The translations under genes were made by a program, and so were the position numbers. Below, in pieces: positions 10,073 through 22,424 of a DNA stretch of 64,000 nucleotides (position 1 is the first letter of the stretch; every line of letters begins with the position of its first letter). Origin of the DNA: Perkinsus olseni (lineage: Eukaryota); contig JABANN010000012.1 of the NCBI GenBank assembly GCA_013115125.1, forward strand, positions 1 to 64,000, given 5' to 3'. The notes under the pieces are model-generated. The model saw only the letters and a program-made list of their open reading frames with translations, searched no databases and was not told where the DNA came from.

Positions 10073-12170
10073 TCACATTCTTCGCAGTTTGACTCGCCGA
10101 AGACGAAGAACTGAAAGGCACGAATAGCAAGAATACAGGAGCGCAACCACAGAGTCGGGCGAGAGTCTACTAGGGTCAAGGAGACCATGAATCGATGCCA
10201 CACTTACAATGGATTCAACTGAGTAGGGTATCTCGTCCGCGGGTTCTTCCCCGCATGCTTTCATGACGCATTGATGAAAAGCGGGAGTACCCTCCACTCC
10301 TGCCGGCATCAAGCCAAACATTTGCAGAAGTACTGTGTTTTCTTGAGTGCTCATTGTTCTGCTGCCATCGAGGTCCATTGCGGAATATGTTGCAAAGGTG
10401 CTCCTACAAGCCGGCAAGCATTGTGTGGGAGAGCCTTTCGATAGCCATTTCTGACAGTATCCTGTGAGGGTTTGTACTAAGCCAGTGAGAGCACTTTCAA
10501 CCACACAAGCATCCTCGGACTCTGAACCGCAGTCCACGATGCCGCTTGTCCACTGGGGAAAGTTAGCATTTGTACAGATAGGGTTGCCGGCCAAGCCAAG
10601 ATACTCGAGATGGCGCATTTCCTTAAGGGAATCGAATGGTAGGTCTTGGATTTGTGATAGCTCGAACTGGAAGGACCGGATGGAGGGCAAGCGTTGATGC
10701 ACATCATCTGGGATTGTAGCTAGCCGCGTCGCTGTTATGGCGAGGACCTCAAGGTCGTCCAATGTCCCCAAGTTTAGCTCCTCTATAGGGACCGCCACCA
10801 TGTTGAGGACTACGAGCTCCTCCATCGCCGAGAGCGTATCAAGGAGAATCTGCGGTTGATCCGTGCACGTGGTCGACGAGGTCGGGTTACGGTCGGATAT
10901 CCTGAGATACTCTATCCTGTTGTAAAGTGACAAACGGGCCATGTCATCCTGCACACATGGGCCATGAAGATACATGGATGCCATCCGACAGTCGCAGGAG
11001 TTGGAATCTAGTATTGGATACACCGGAAGCAAACACTCATCATCGAACCGCGGGATATACTGCTCACAGTCTCCCGTTAACTGTGTTATTGTCACATAGA
11101 CGAAACCGCCGATACCAACGGCCCATAGCGTGAGAGCGATGAGATAGTAACCTGGGCTTGATCTTCTCGGAGCGCGGGTGAGCGCAGGATTCTTGGCGAT
11201 CTCCAGAAGGTATCGATCGATGCCTATAATGTTATCCAAGGAGAGGACGGCGGGGACGAGACTCGAGAGGAAGGATACGAAGGTGGTGAAGTATAGAGCA
11301 GGCCAAGTATCGGGTTCAGCTATGTGACCGGAGACAATAAGGTAGGCAGCAGTGAAGCTGAAGGCGGCCATAACGTCGAATAGACAAGCCCAGACTCTGT
11401 TGTTGAGAATGAGCGTTGTTGGGCCGACGATCAGTACCAACATAATGAGAGTAGCCTGGGTCATGATGGCTGTACGGTCTGCCACAAGAATCTTCTCCCC
11501 TGTGACGGAACGGCCACCAAGTTCAACCAGACGGATGATCTGCAGTAGGATATCCAGTATTTGCAAGGTGAAATAGCCATGCCAGAACCATTCTCCGGAC
11601 ATTTCAAACTTTCCCCTAAGAGCCATGAATATGTTGACCATTCGCTCCTTGAGGGTACGATCGGATCTTTCTCCAGACTCCTGAACTGTTTTGGCTCGAT
11701 ACTTCGAGAAATTTAATTTGTCTTTGTCGCTCATCAGCAGCGTTTTCACCACCATCGCTGCTCGCACCAACGACATGAGCCCAATGGACCCGAGAATGAT
11801 AGCCTCGATCACAGCCACAGCTTTGATTTCATAACGCGTATTCTTTGGGTTCGTAAGCGTCTCGGGGGTGAGAGTGTCGAGCTCGTCAGGCGAGGGAGGT
11901 ACTGCTATGATGAATTGAGCGTAGCACTGTATACCACAAATAAAGGCGAGGAGTATCTGATGGCAAGAGACGGTATTATGTCATGGTGAAGGACCATAAT
12001 TTGCACAAATCTTCGAGAGAACCTCGGGGCCACGAAAGTATCTCGCCCATGCTTAGTCCAGAACAGACGTCATAGGGGGAGGGCTGAGTCCTTACCAGTA
12101 AAAGCAAAAGAACAATCCTGTAGGCTGTGTTGTACTTATCTACCAATACTATGGCTATGTTCTGAAGAGA
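10073..12170 (-). CDS. Multipass membrane protein with leucine-rich repeats and an EF-hand-like loop
   Basis: 581-aa ORF with several hydrophobic helices, a Cys-rich linker, LRRs (LEVLAITATRLATIP; IRSFQFELSQIQDLP; LEYLGLAGNPIC) and DLDGSRTMSTQE. The frame extends upstream to an acceptor near 11957, with a further exon near 12096-12170. Ends are approximate. Confidence 0.75.
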
Positions 12171-13961
12171 GGATCTCCTAGCGGCGATACGACGTGCTCC
12201 CTGAGAGCAAATTCCAGATTGAGTGACTCTCCGGAGAGCGAAGGCGCTTACGCGAGCTGCTCTGGTCGAGGGTAACTGGGAGCTTGCTTCCTCGTTATCG
12301 ACTTCAACAACCTCGACAGTTGCTTTGCGGGGCTCGGGATCGTGAGCCTGATGTAACTCTGATCTGTTATCTCCAGGAAGACCTGAACAGGCTGAAAGTA
12401 TCAGATGGCCCTGTTGTGTGTCTGGGACAAGTTATACGGCCGTTTCGTGGCAAAGTTACAGCTAGACTTACCATCATCTTGACATGGGTCCGGCCGCAGT
12501 GTGCCTTCATCAGCATGCTCGGCCGGACTGTGGACGGCGTCTCCAGGCTCAGACGGTATAGCGAACTCGGCGGAAGTTTGCATGGGATGTGTGCACTGAT
12601 GATTCACGAGGGTTTAGGCAGTCCTAGCGGGTCCAGACTGATCCCATCGAGTACTGGCTTCTCCAGGCAAGCAATGCGATCGGGGCGAATCTGAAGCGCC
12701 CACCCCTGCCAGCGAGAGGCTCCCGCTGGGCATGCCCTGGCAAGCCCACAAACTCTCATCTCAAAGTCACGGGCGGCGCCCCTTCAGCGGTGATTTCACT
12801 AGAGCGGTTCCAGCCACGATTCATTGGTAAATTCCTGCCGCGCGAAACGGCGCACATAAATCGATCAGTTGGGCGCGCTTGACGTACGTCGCAGTTACGC
12901 CTTTTTTGTAAAATTGTGGCATATACATGAGCCGTCAACAACTGCGAAGATCTCGTCTTACAGGTTTCAAATGGTGACTGTAGAAACCTCGTCGTCTTCA
13001 CAAGGCCAGGCATCCCCTAATCCCGCAGCAGTAGCAGCTCGCTATACTACCACCTACCAGGAGTACCATCCATTCTGGCGTTCCCTTGCCAACAGTCATA
13101 CTGTCGAAGGCCACAACGTCCCGACTATCAGCCAGGTCCAGAGGAGGCCTTGGTAACCAGAATCCGGAGTATATCCCTGCAGGTTCTCGAGAAGAACTCA
13201 AAGTCACGGTTAGTGCAGCCCCCTTTTAAGCTGCAGATCGACATGGCTTCCTTCAAGATATTGGACGACTTTCGAAGGGTGCGTGCGTAGTGGCCGTTCG
13301 ACTTGCTAACGGTTAATTCAGGCCGCCCGGGAACGGCAAGCTGAGAGGATTCTTTCGGCTCATACCATACCGAGTAGTGCATGGGGATTTGGGGAAGGAG
13401 TGGTACGTGAGTGTTTTCAGAGAAATTCCCAGTGACTGAGGAAGCGGTAGCCGGACATGTTGATAGTAGAATCAATCAGCATCCATTGTAACACGCCAGT
13501 AGCGGGAGGACGGTGAATCGATGAGAGGCCGCAGGTACGCCACAACCAGCGCGTTGGTGGGGAAGGACCGACCGATGCAGCATCAGTTGGCAGAGCGGTA
13601 AGGCTGATTCAATTTTGTGGCGCAGTGAAGGAGAATCCTGGCTGTAGGTATTTCCCCATGAACAACGACTTCACCAACAAGTTCACCGATTTACGGCCGA
13701 GGTGCAACCCGGCCATTCAGTTCCCTCTGTCTTGCTGTCCGCCCCTTACAGGTACTATGGGCTCAATACCAAGCCGCGGCCCAGCAAGATCCATAAGGAC
13801 TTCGACGAATTCTACTGATCCCATCAGTCAGCATGAAAACCAGATTGCATTGGTGCCGTTGTTGTCTGTCTAGCTGCCTTGTGTTACTTGTAGGCTTCCG
13901 CTGCTGTTAAGAAGGCGTCCTTGTTTTTCAGGGGCTCTGTTACTATTAGTTTCTACCAGCA

Positions 13962-16484
13962 ATGAAGCCCCCAGCCGGGCTCCTCACCCTCACCTTTCTC
14001 CTGATGGTGAATCTGATCTGTTACTGTACTGCCTTGACTGCTTCTCACGACTTGTCTACGACCCGGCCAAGCCCAGAGCCTGTAAAATTGAAGGGCACTT
14101 TGCGTGACAGGGGAAGGAGTTTGCACGTCATTGTCGAGAGGGTCGTGGATGCTGGCGATAACATAGCGGTCAATTTCGACCTTCTTGTCGAGGCCACGAG
14201 CAACATCCAGAACGAGTATCTTTGCCAACTGCCAAACTCAACGGAACTCTTCGCCCAGGCTGGTTATCAGTTCTTGGAGGTGGATCCTAGCCAGGGCACG
14301 GAGGAAGTGCAGGTAACAGCGTGTGAGCGAACGGACACGAATGGAGCGGGCACAGTCCCACCCTTGCCTGACCAACCACAGGCATTGGCATTCGGTAGTA
14401 TGGGTGGGAGGGGGTAGGTCGTTAGCTGTGGGCCGTCGAGGATTGAAAAGGATATTTGTGTTGAAGTCTCTGGGTAGGCGTGTGAAGGAGATGTGTTCAG
14501 GGTGCAGCGCGTTCGAGGCGACCTCGTCGATCGCGCCGAACCAGCTGTGCATGGATGAAGGGCGGATGGCCTACGATTACTTTCGCTCACCCGTCCCTGC
14601 TGGCTTCGACAGTCGGTGTAATTGTCAGCAGGCAACGAGGTCATACAGGGCAGGGCACGTATATCGATTCATACCAACTCTTCCGTAACTCTCAGATGTA
14701 AGAACGGCGAATCATGGCCTGTAGATAAGGCAGGGAACACCTATCCAGGCCGAACGGCTGCGTCTGCTTGGTGGGAGGCGACTCGCGATGATGAGTGGAA
14801 GTACGAGGTACTAACAGTGGGCGGGTCGTAGTGGTTAGACCAATCGGGAATTTCGTGGCGCAGTGACGGTAAGGCATCCCCTGTCAGACAGCCGTTTGCA
14901 CCACTACCGGCTGCTCCTGCTGGCTTGCGTGTACTCAAGAGGAATACGATCCCTGCAAAGGGGAGTTCAGGGGCGACGGGCAGCTGACGGTTAACCAAGT
15001 TAATCAGTATTTATACGACGGTTATCCTTTGCCCCCGACGCATGGTGGTGCCTCGGCTTCGGCGGAGTCTGCGACCAAGCCGCAATTCAGGATGCGATAC
15101 AGGCTGTCCGGATACGCTGACGTGAAGGCCGCGGTCGCGGATGCTAATAGAATAAGGAAGTTGGCGCCAGGGCTTGGTGCTTCTGTACAGAGAGCGTTCG
15201 AAGCAGCAGCCAACGTCGCATTGACTGCGGAAAATTCGATTGAGCTGTTGGAGGTCGACAGCCCGGTATCGAACGACAACGATCAGAGCTTGTTGGGTAT
15301 CTTCACTTACGTTGGGATACTACCCTCGGCCTTCGAGTCATGCGCAAGCAACATGGCTGGCAGCGCCTTTAACGGGGATAATAAGAACACCAACGTTGCC
15401 GTCGAGAACGGTGCCAACGAGGTTAAGGTGTACACAGAAGTGTCGGCTGGAGGGGATCGGGAGGGCTCAGCGAACAGGATGGAGACCTTGATCACCGGAT
15501 CGCTCTTGACGAGCTGCGCAAGCCCTGCAAGTATAAACCCCGCCGATATACCGATGCTGGAGTCACGGCAGGCTCCCCAGCCGACCACTGCCCCTGCCAA
15601 GAAGAATCCTGCTTTACCATGGTAAGCCAGGGAGATGGGACTGGGGTGACAGAGAAGGGGAAGTACCTTTGGTTGGCTCTGCTGGTTATTGTGCAGGTAT
15701 GCATGGCTGCTCATTGCAATCGGTATCGTCCTCGTGATAGCAGCGTGCGTGTACATCTGGTGGATTTTGGCGTCGAGGCGGAAACAACGTGAAAATCGAC
15801 TGAAGCTTTCGGACGAAGCCGACGGGGATGGCTGTTGTAGTGAGAGAGGACTAGTGCCTGGCATTGCTCCGGCGACAGGATACGTAGATGATGATGCCGA
15901 CACGGCCACCGTCACAGGAATTGGGGTAAGCCGCCGGGGTCAACGTCTAGAACCCGTCCACGCTGCTTTATCGTCGACTTGGATGATGGTGAATCGGGCC
16001 GTGTTGGTGCCAGCGGTTTGGGGCGGCATGGCTAGTCTGTAAGAATCGGGTCTAGCCTTGCCATGAGTGAAGTATTCATAAGCTCTCTCCGAGGGTTCCT
16101 GGGCGTCCAGTGGTTCATCCGGGTTTGCTCGTGCTGGTCTACGCACGGCCTTGTTGTCGTTTCTACAGCGGGCGGTGGGTCATTCAGTGATTACCTTCCT
16201 CGTCAGAGCATCTCGACCCACGCAAGGCTCCCGTCATCTGCCACACACCGGGCGTCGCCAGTCGACGTCCCCACGGCAGTGGTGTCAGTGAACCCTGACG
16301 GATCCCTGTAAGCATCATTAAGAAGCTGCCATTTCTATCATGCTTCTCGCCCCCCCTCAGCACCCCTCGGCTGCCCCTAGCCCCCAAGAACCCTGTGGCC
16401 AAGTCCTCCAGCTCCCTGATCACCACAACGCCCGATACTGGCGGCCATCGCGACAGTACTCGGTCGCATGAAGCTCCTTATTAA
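13962..16484 (+). CDS. Type I membrane/surface protein, paralog 1 (multi-exon)
   Basis: Signal peptide MKPPAGLLTLTFLLMVNLICYCTA, Cys-rich ectodomain exons, TM YAWLLIAIGIVLVIAACVYIWWIL followed by RRKQR, low-complexity tail. 3' end approximate. Confidence 0.65.
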
Positions 16485-16944
16485 TTTATCCTTCACCGCC
16501 TAGCCCTGTCATATTACGATTATTCGTTTGGCAAGAACAACAGTCGTCACAGCATCACCTGCTGTCGCGGCTGCTGTTGCTGTAGATTTCTCCTGTGCAT
16601 TAAGTACCCCATGGGTCGCTCCACTGTCGTTAGTTAGATGTTTTCACCGGCTCATGCAAGCCCGCTAAGTTGTGCCTTTTACTCGGTTGTCTGAAGGACG
16701 ATGAGGCACAGCGACCGTAATCAAGCCGTCCCTCCCGTTGTTGGTGCTCCGAAATTACCAGCGTCATTTTTGCCATAATTCCGTTAGCCCAATCTACGGT
16801 AGATTTTCGAGTCGTGTGAAGCGAGCAGTGCAGTGGCGCCTGAGGGCATCCTCTCTTGCTGTCATTACTGATCTCAATCTGTGCGAATTAGAAAGACAAG
16901 TTCACCTAGGTTGGATGGACCGTCGCTTTGTAGAGAGTTCGCAC

Positions 16945-17091
16945 CACCGCCGCCGTCGTTGTTGTTGTTGTTGTTGTTGCTGTTGCTGTTGTTTGCGGCC
17001 GTCATCATCATCATCACTACCACTACCATTGCCGTTATCATCACACGTTACTCTTCGTAAGGCTTTTCACGACAATAACAACAATAACAAC
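16945..17091. repeat. Compound trinucleotide microsatellite (CCG/TTG/TCA/CTA/AAC)
   Basis: Directly visible runs in the gap between the two surface-protein genes. Confidence 0.85.
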
Positions 17092-17293
17092 AGAGGACCG
17101 ACTGTTGGTCACACACCGTCATCAGTCAATTCTTCTCCTGTCTTCTCCATCTCGGCTCATCACCGCCATTATCGTTGTACTTGTACTTTTCTGATGCAGT
17201 CGATGAGGTTTTGCGTTGCTCGTCAACGTGTATCGCCACCCATGCCTTCTCTCACAGTCTATGCAAAGTACCCAGCCTCATGTTCCGGTGACT

Positions 17294-19150
17294 ATGACTC
17301 TCAAGATTCTTCTCCTACACTTACTCTTATTGACGACAACAACATCATCATCGCCGGCGCCGGCAAGCACCAGGGAGAACGCAGCAGCCTTGCAGGTTGA
17401 CCTCAGAGTTCCCTTCATCGACGTTGGTCCTCACGGATTCTGCGGCTGGGCCTCCGGCTTCACCAAGCTCCTGATGAACGGCAGTCAGACCTACACTGTC
17501 ACCGGGTGCAGCCGCACGGGCGCGGTTCTGCCCAGTTCTGCGAAGGCCCTCTTCCAGGAGTGCCAGACGCCGTCGTGGATTCCAGGCCAGGAGCTCCCAA
17601 AAAACCAGTATTGCAGCTCTCAGTGCTCGGCTGTTTATGAGCATCTACGCTTGAAGCCGGTCGGCCGCAAAAGCGAGAGTGTTTGTCAATGTGAAAATGC
17701 TGTTCGGTGAGGAGTTGGAAAGGGCCGCTTTCCCCGACTAGCCATGGCTTCCCTTCAGGTGTGTGGGTGGTTTACTGGTCCCTAAGATCCCTAAGGTAAA
17801 TCCGCACGAGACGGTCCCGGAGATGTGGCAGCGTGCCATAGCACAAGCTGATTGGCGCTTTCGGGTGGGCCAGCTCGAGTTAGTCGGTCTTGAGGTTATC
17901 ATCTCTCGGTTGTTTCAGACTGCGACATGCGCGAGTTGCGGCTGTTCTTGCTGGTTGGCGTGTACACCCGACAAGCTGATTTGCGGGAAAGATGGTACTC
18001 TGAATTATACTCAAGGGCTCACATATAATGATGTGTCGAAGTACATGTATGACGACGCGACTTCGTATGCTGGGCTGCCTTCGAATACAAGATCCGGGGT
18101 TTACACACTGAGAGTTCAAAGACCGGTACCTGACTTTCTCACGGGCTCGAAATCCATGGCGGGCGTTGCAGACTGGGCCTCGAGAAATTTTTCGGAAAGA
18201 ATAGAGGCGGCTGCGATTGCTGCGAGTAGCGCTGCCATGCTTAATGAGGGGCAGGGCAGCCTGCGGAGTCTGATATTGCGAGATGAAAACCTCTCCGAGG
18301 GCGAGCTGCTTCGGATCATTGTCACTGTGGGGTACATGGGCACCTTACCGCCACATTTTGGCGACTGCAGCAAGGACATGGTCTCCTCTGTGGTCCCGAG
18401 CAGCGATGAGGTCTCGGTGTTAGAGGATGGCAATGCTAGTTTAAGAGTCGGCATAACAACGAAGATAGAAAAGTCCGTGTACACGCTGATAGAGGCGGCA
18501 ACAGATGGGGAGATGGGCACTATATTCACGCAGTGCGGCGGCATGGAGGCCTCCTGGGACTCCAAGGTTCCCACCGCGACTATGCGAGCTAGAGGCAACC
18601 GTGGGGACGTGACACCGACGGTGGCGAAGGGCTTGGGGTGGTGGGCGTGGATGCTCATTGGTCTCTGCATAGTGCTCTTCATCGGGCTTATCATATCGCT
18701 GCTTTTGGGGAGATGTGGACGACGCCAAAAGACGACACCAATGCCATTCACCAACTTCGTAAGTATACTTCCTGCGCCCCTGGGGTTTCTAATTCCGCTG
18801 GTCTCGATTGTTAGGACGACGGCCCCTTAGACAGTGAGGCCCAGAACAACCGACTGGAGACTCCGACGGCCGCTGTCGATCCGGCGTCTGGGTGAGTGAA
18901 GGAAAGTCGACTGCCGCTAGGTATCCGTTGTTCTCAGGGTCCCCGTCCTGCCGTTGGTTAAGAAGAACTCCATCACGCCCAATACTAGGTCCTTCAGTCA
19001 GATATCGAGCGGCGGTGCATCTTCTATTATTAACCCTGCTGGCCGAGCCGTCCGCGAGTCTCCTTTTTAGCTCCCCTAGATGTAGATTTGTTCGTATCAC
19101 TTCGACCCTTTCACCTGAGCCTTCAGAGCCCTGCTCTCCGCGCTGATCTC
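17294..19150 (+). CDS. Type I membrane/surface protein, paralog 2 (multi-exon)
   Basis: Signal peptide MTLKILLLHLLLLTTTTSS, Cys-rich exons, TM WWAWMLIGLCIVLFIGLIISLLL then GRCGRRQK. Shares a block with paralog 1 (YMGTLPPHFGDCSKDM versus YVGILPSAFESCASNM). 3' end approximate. Confidence 0.65.
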
Positions 19151-19302
19151 CCACAAGGGAATTCTAGACGGACCTTTCAGACAGGAAATCCTCATCTGCT
19201 CGAAACTGGCTTCTGGCCAGATCATCTTTATTCGACCAATGGACCGCTGTTGCGTCTGTAGTGAATGAAGGGTGGCCTTGAGCTCGTAGCGAGGGTTCTG
19301 GC

Positions 19303-20680
19303 ATGAAGACGGACTTCGACTGCTACGAGGCTCTAGGGGTCGCCTGGTCGAAGCGGTCGTACCAGATAGTCCTGCTAGACTCAGACAGGGTAGCAGCACT
19401 CAGTTTTGGTGAGGTGCGCATCGTAAGACCACAGGTTCGGAGCTTGTACTCTACCGAGGCGCAGAACGCCCGCCAACGATACAAGCAAGTGAGAGAACTT
19501 TCGTCTGTTAACAACTTGCGGAAAGCAATCAGCAGGAGCGAATTCAAGAACATCTCGAGCAGCTGATCGAGGGACTCGGCGTTGAGAGTGCCAAAGCACA
19601 AGTAGAGATCAGTGAGGATGGCCGAGATGGAACGTGCTGCTGTCACCGCAGGGCCTACGTTCTCCAATAACAAGCCTGATGCACCTACGAACTTCCGACT
19701 GTCGAGTGTATCTTTACGTGGAGAGGCATGCAGCTCTCGGCTTACTCAAGGTGAGACCTTCGGACGATTCCAGACTGTGAAGACTTCTTCTGTAAGGTTG
19801 GTCCGAAACGACTTTTCGTTGCCAATGAGGACTCGCCGCTCATCGAGATCAACCCGCTGTGTGTAAGAGTAATGTTCAAACACTCAGCGACCGCCATGGG
19901 TGCAGGTCCTGGATTTCTATGTCCATGAGAGCCGTCAGCGCTGCGGTATCGGCCTGGCCTTGTTCGAGGGCATGCTCAGTCGAGAAGAGGTCCAACCATC
20001 GAGCATTGGTATTCGCGTGGTCCGGAGCAACACCTCGCGACGCCGCTATTGTTACTCAGCGTACGACAGGCCCTCGCCGAAGCTTCTCAGTTTCCTGCGA
20101 AAACACTACGGACTTCACGAGTACACGCCCCAAGCCAACAACTTCGTAGTCTTCTCTGAGTGAGGCCAACTGAGGACAATGCCCGTTCTGCCTCGACTCG
20201 TGCTATCAGATATTTTTCGGAGGCCCGGCAACCAGCAGAAAACTCTAGCAGAAAGACGAGGTCCATCGACGCGTTCTCGACCCCACCCCGGACGCGGGGG
20301 CTCATCGCTTCGTCCGGGCTGAGCACAGATACTGCTACTGATGTCGGTCTCAAGTCCGCGGCGACAGAGGACGAGAGCGCATGTTCAAGTCAAAATGAGA
20401 ATAGCGGAGAGCTCAACCAACAACGGGTTGAAGGAGGTCCCTCCACCAAAACTAACAGAAGCCATACGGTCACCGTAAGGACTCGCTGGCATGCAAGAAT
20501 TCTACGCTGAAGACCTCAGACTACCACCGGCGCTCGATCGAGTGTCGATGCATCGCTGGCGAGATTTGAGAGGCAGCATCAACGCGAGATGATGCTCCTC
20601 CAGAAAAGTCTATCGGAGTCTCAGAAAAAGCTAGACTCTTTGCACGTGAGCAATCGAAGCGCCAACCGAGTAAGTTGATG
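19303..20680 (+). CDS. ATAT1: Alpha-tubulin N-acetyltransferase (MEC-17/ATAT1), multi-exon
   Basis: Spliced reading gives [21 protein letters not shown]...[14 protein letters not shown]...[29 protein letters not shown]...[19 protein letters not shown]...QANNFVVF, the hallmark ATAT1 motifs, with GT-AG introns. 3' end approximate. Confidence 0.93.
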
Positions 20681-21043
20681 CTTTCTTCCGAGTGGTGGAA
20701 GGAATCCCCGACCCTCGAGAGACCCGTGAGTACATTGATTTGCCGTTGCAGGTATCTTCTTATGCCCTACGGCGACCCTTCTAGATAATGATAGTTCGAT
20801 AGTTCAGTAACGAAACACTGATGATCATGCGAGTTTGACAGCGAACGAAGTCTTCTGAAGGTGCTTGATGTAGCTGCGTTAAATGGAGTCGCGATGCTAG
20901 CTGGAACTTCTCGTATTAAACCTTCGCGGCGAGTTTTTCGAGTGCGTGTTGGGTACACGGTGTAACACTGCTCGAGGATGATGAGGATCGCGCGTGCCGA
21001 CGTTGAGTGACACCCTTCCAGGCAACACAACAGTCTTTGGGTA

Positions 21044-22334
21044 TCACCCAACCCTACGACGCTCCATTGCCTCCACTTGCTTCTGTATAATGGGGAAACA
21101 CGCTTTACACGCAATAACATCGCCTTCATGAGGCGTACTGTGTTCAGACAAGAATGAACGGCAATCGTCATCTGTACAGAACCGCAACCACCGAGTGACC
21201 ACGGGCACTCTCAGTTGCATGTACGCCTTGGTGATGCATCGAAGGAATCTTAGTCGGAGGTCACCCACGAAGAGCTCGAGAAGGGCCAACATGTGAGATG
21301 GCACCATTGACCCGAATCGCTGCGGTCGTTCACACAGACACCCGTACACTTTGAGAATCCGGAAGTAGTCGCCAACCGCCGCCCAGGAGCGGACTTTAAG
21401 AGCAGAGCGAACGAACTTGTGCTTTCTGATGCATCCGGGCATACTGTTAAGGCGACGAAGGAACCTCAGTTGGTCCGCATGGAAGTTTTGTAACGCGCTG
21501 TAGACAATCTCGTAGGCAAGAAACTCGGCCTGGACGTCTTCGGACAGGACGGTGGACCCCACATGGATCTGTCGCGTCACGGCAGACAAGCATTGGATAA
21601 ACTGCACCAGATCGTGAGAATCGAGTGCCCATCTGGCGTTAGTAGTGTAGACACTCAAAGACAGCTCAGAGCCATCGAGGCCTTGGACCTGAACCCACTG
21701 ACTCCGGCTGGTTCAATGATAGAGGGACACTGCACCTTTATATCCTGACGGATGGCTCGGAGTTGGCCGCTGACGTACTCCCAGGACCTCTCAAGATGTA
21801 TCTCCTGTAGTCGATCGAAGGCCGCCGTTAGCACGGACGGAGGACCTATCTTCATGGTAAGCAAAAGAAGACAGCTGACTCGAAACGCCCGTCGGATTGT
21901 CATCCGCGGCGTTTCCCAGTAATCATGATTATCGTATCCGGCTCAGTAAAGGATAATGAAGAAGACTAGCGCAGGACCTCTCAGTTAGACATAATTAACT
22001 TACGCACGAACTCTGCCTTCGCTGGGCCAGTCAGTCGGAGATACTCCTTTTCCAAATGACGGTAAGTACCTTTCACATACTTCTCGGGTGTGGGAACCTC
22101 ACCGGCGTCATCCGTCTCTACAGTTCGGGTATCTGATTGACCAGGCGCGTTCACCGACCGTGTACTGTAGCCCATCCACAGCTAGTAATAACTACCTGTG
22201 GCCTGGTCGATCTGACGGAAGCGCGCAACTCGGGCAGCCCGACGTTTACGCTCCTCCGCGTCTACTTGTGGCAACCGACCACTACCTCCCGAGGAGTAAA
22301 CCGTGACTCTTTGGCCGAACTTTTGCCGCGGCAT
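21044..22334 (-). CDS. SAC3/GANP/THP3 family protein (LENG8/Thp3-like)
   Basis: MPRQKF...RRAARVARF, KGTYRHLEKEYLRLTGPAKAEFVRP, YVSGQLRAIRQDIKVQ, VYTTNARWALDSHDLVQFIQC and a PCI-like C-terminus. Confidence 0.88.
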
Positions 22335-22424
22335 TCAGAATAGGGTTCCTTCGCTCCGCTATCAACACCAACTGTTAACACAAAAAGGCCGCGTTAAAAG
22401 AGGAAACGTATAAAATATACACAA

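Noticed and set aside
16738-17400. 220-aa ORF with poly-Cys/Ser/Asn
   Set aside because: Translation of microsatellites in an intergenic/5' region; the plausible gene starts at 17294 in another frame.
19323-19673. Protein-like antisense ORF
   Set aside because: Lies opposite ATAT1 exons whose spliced reading gives conserved motifs.
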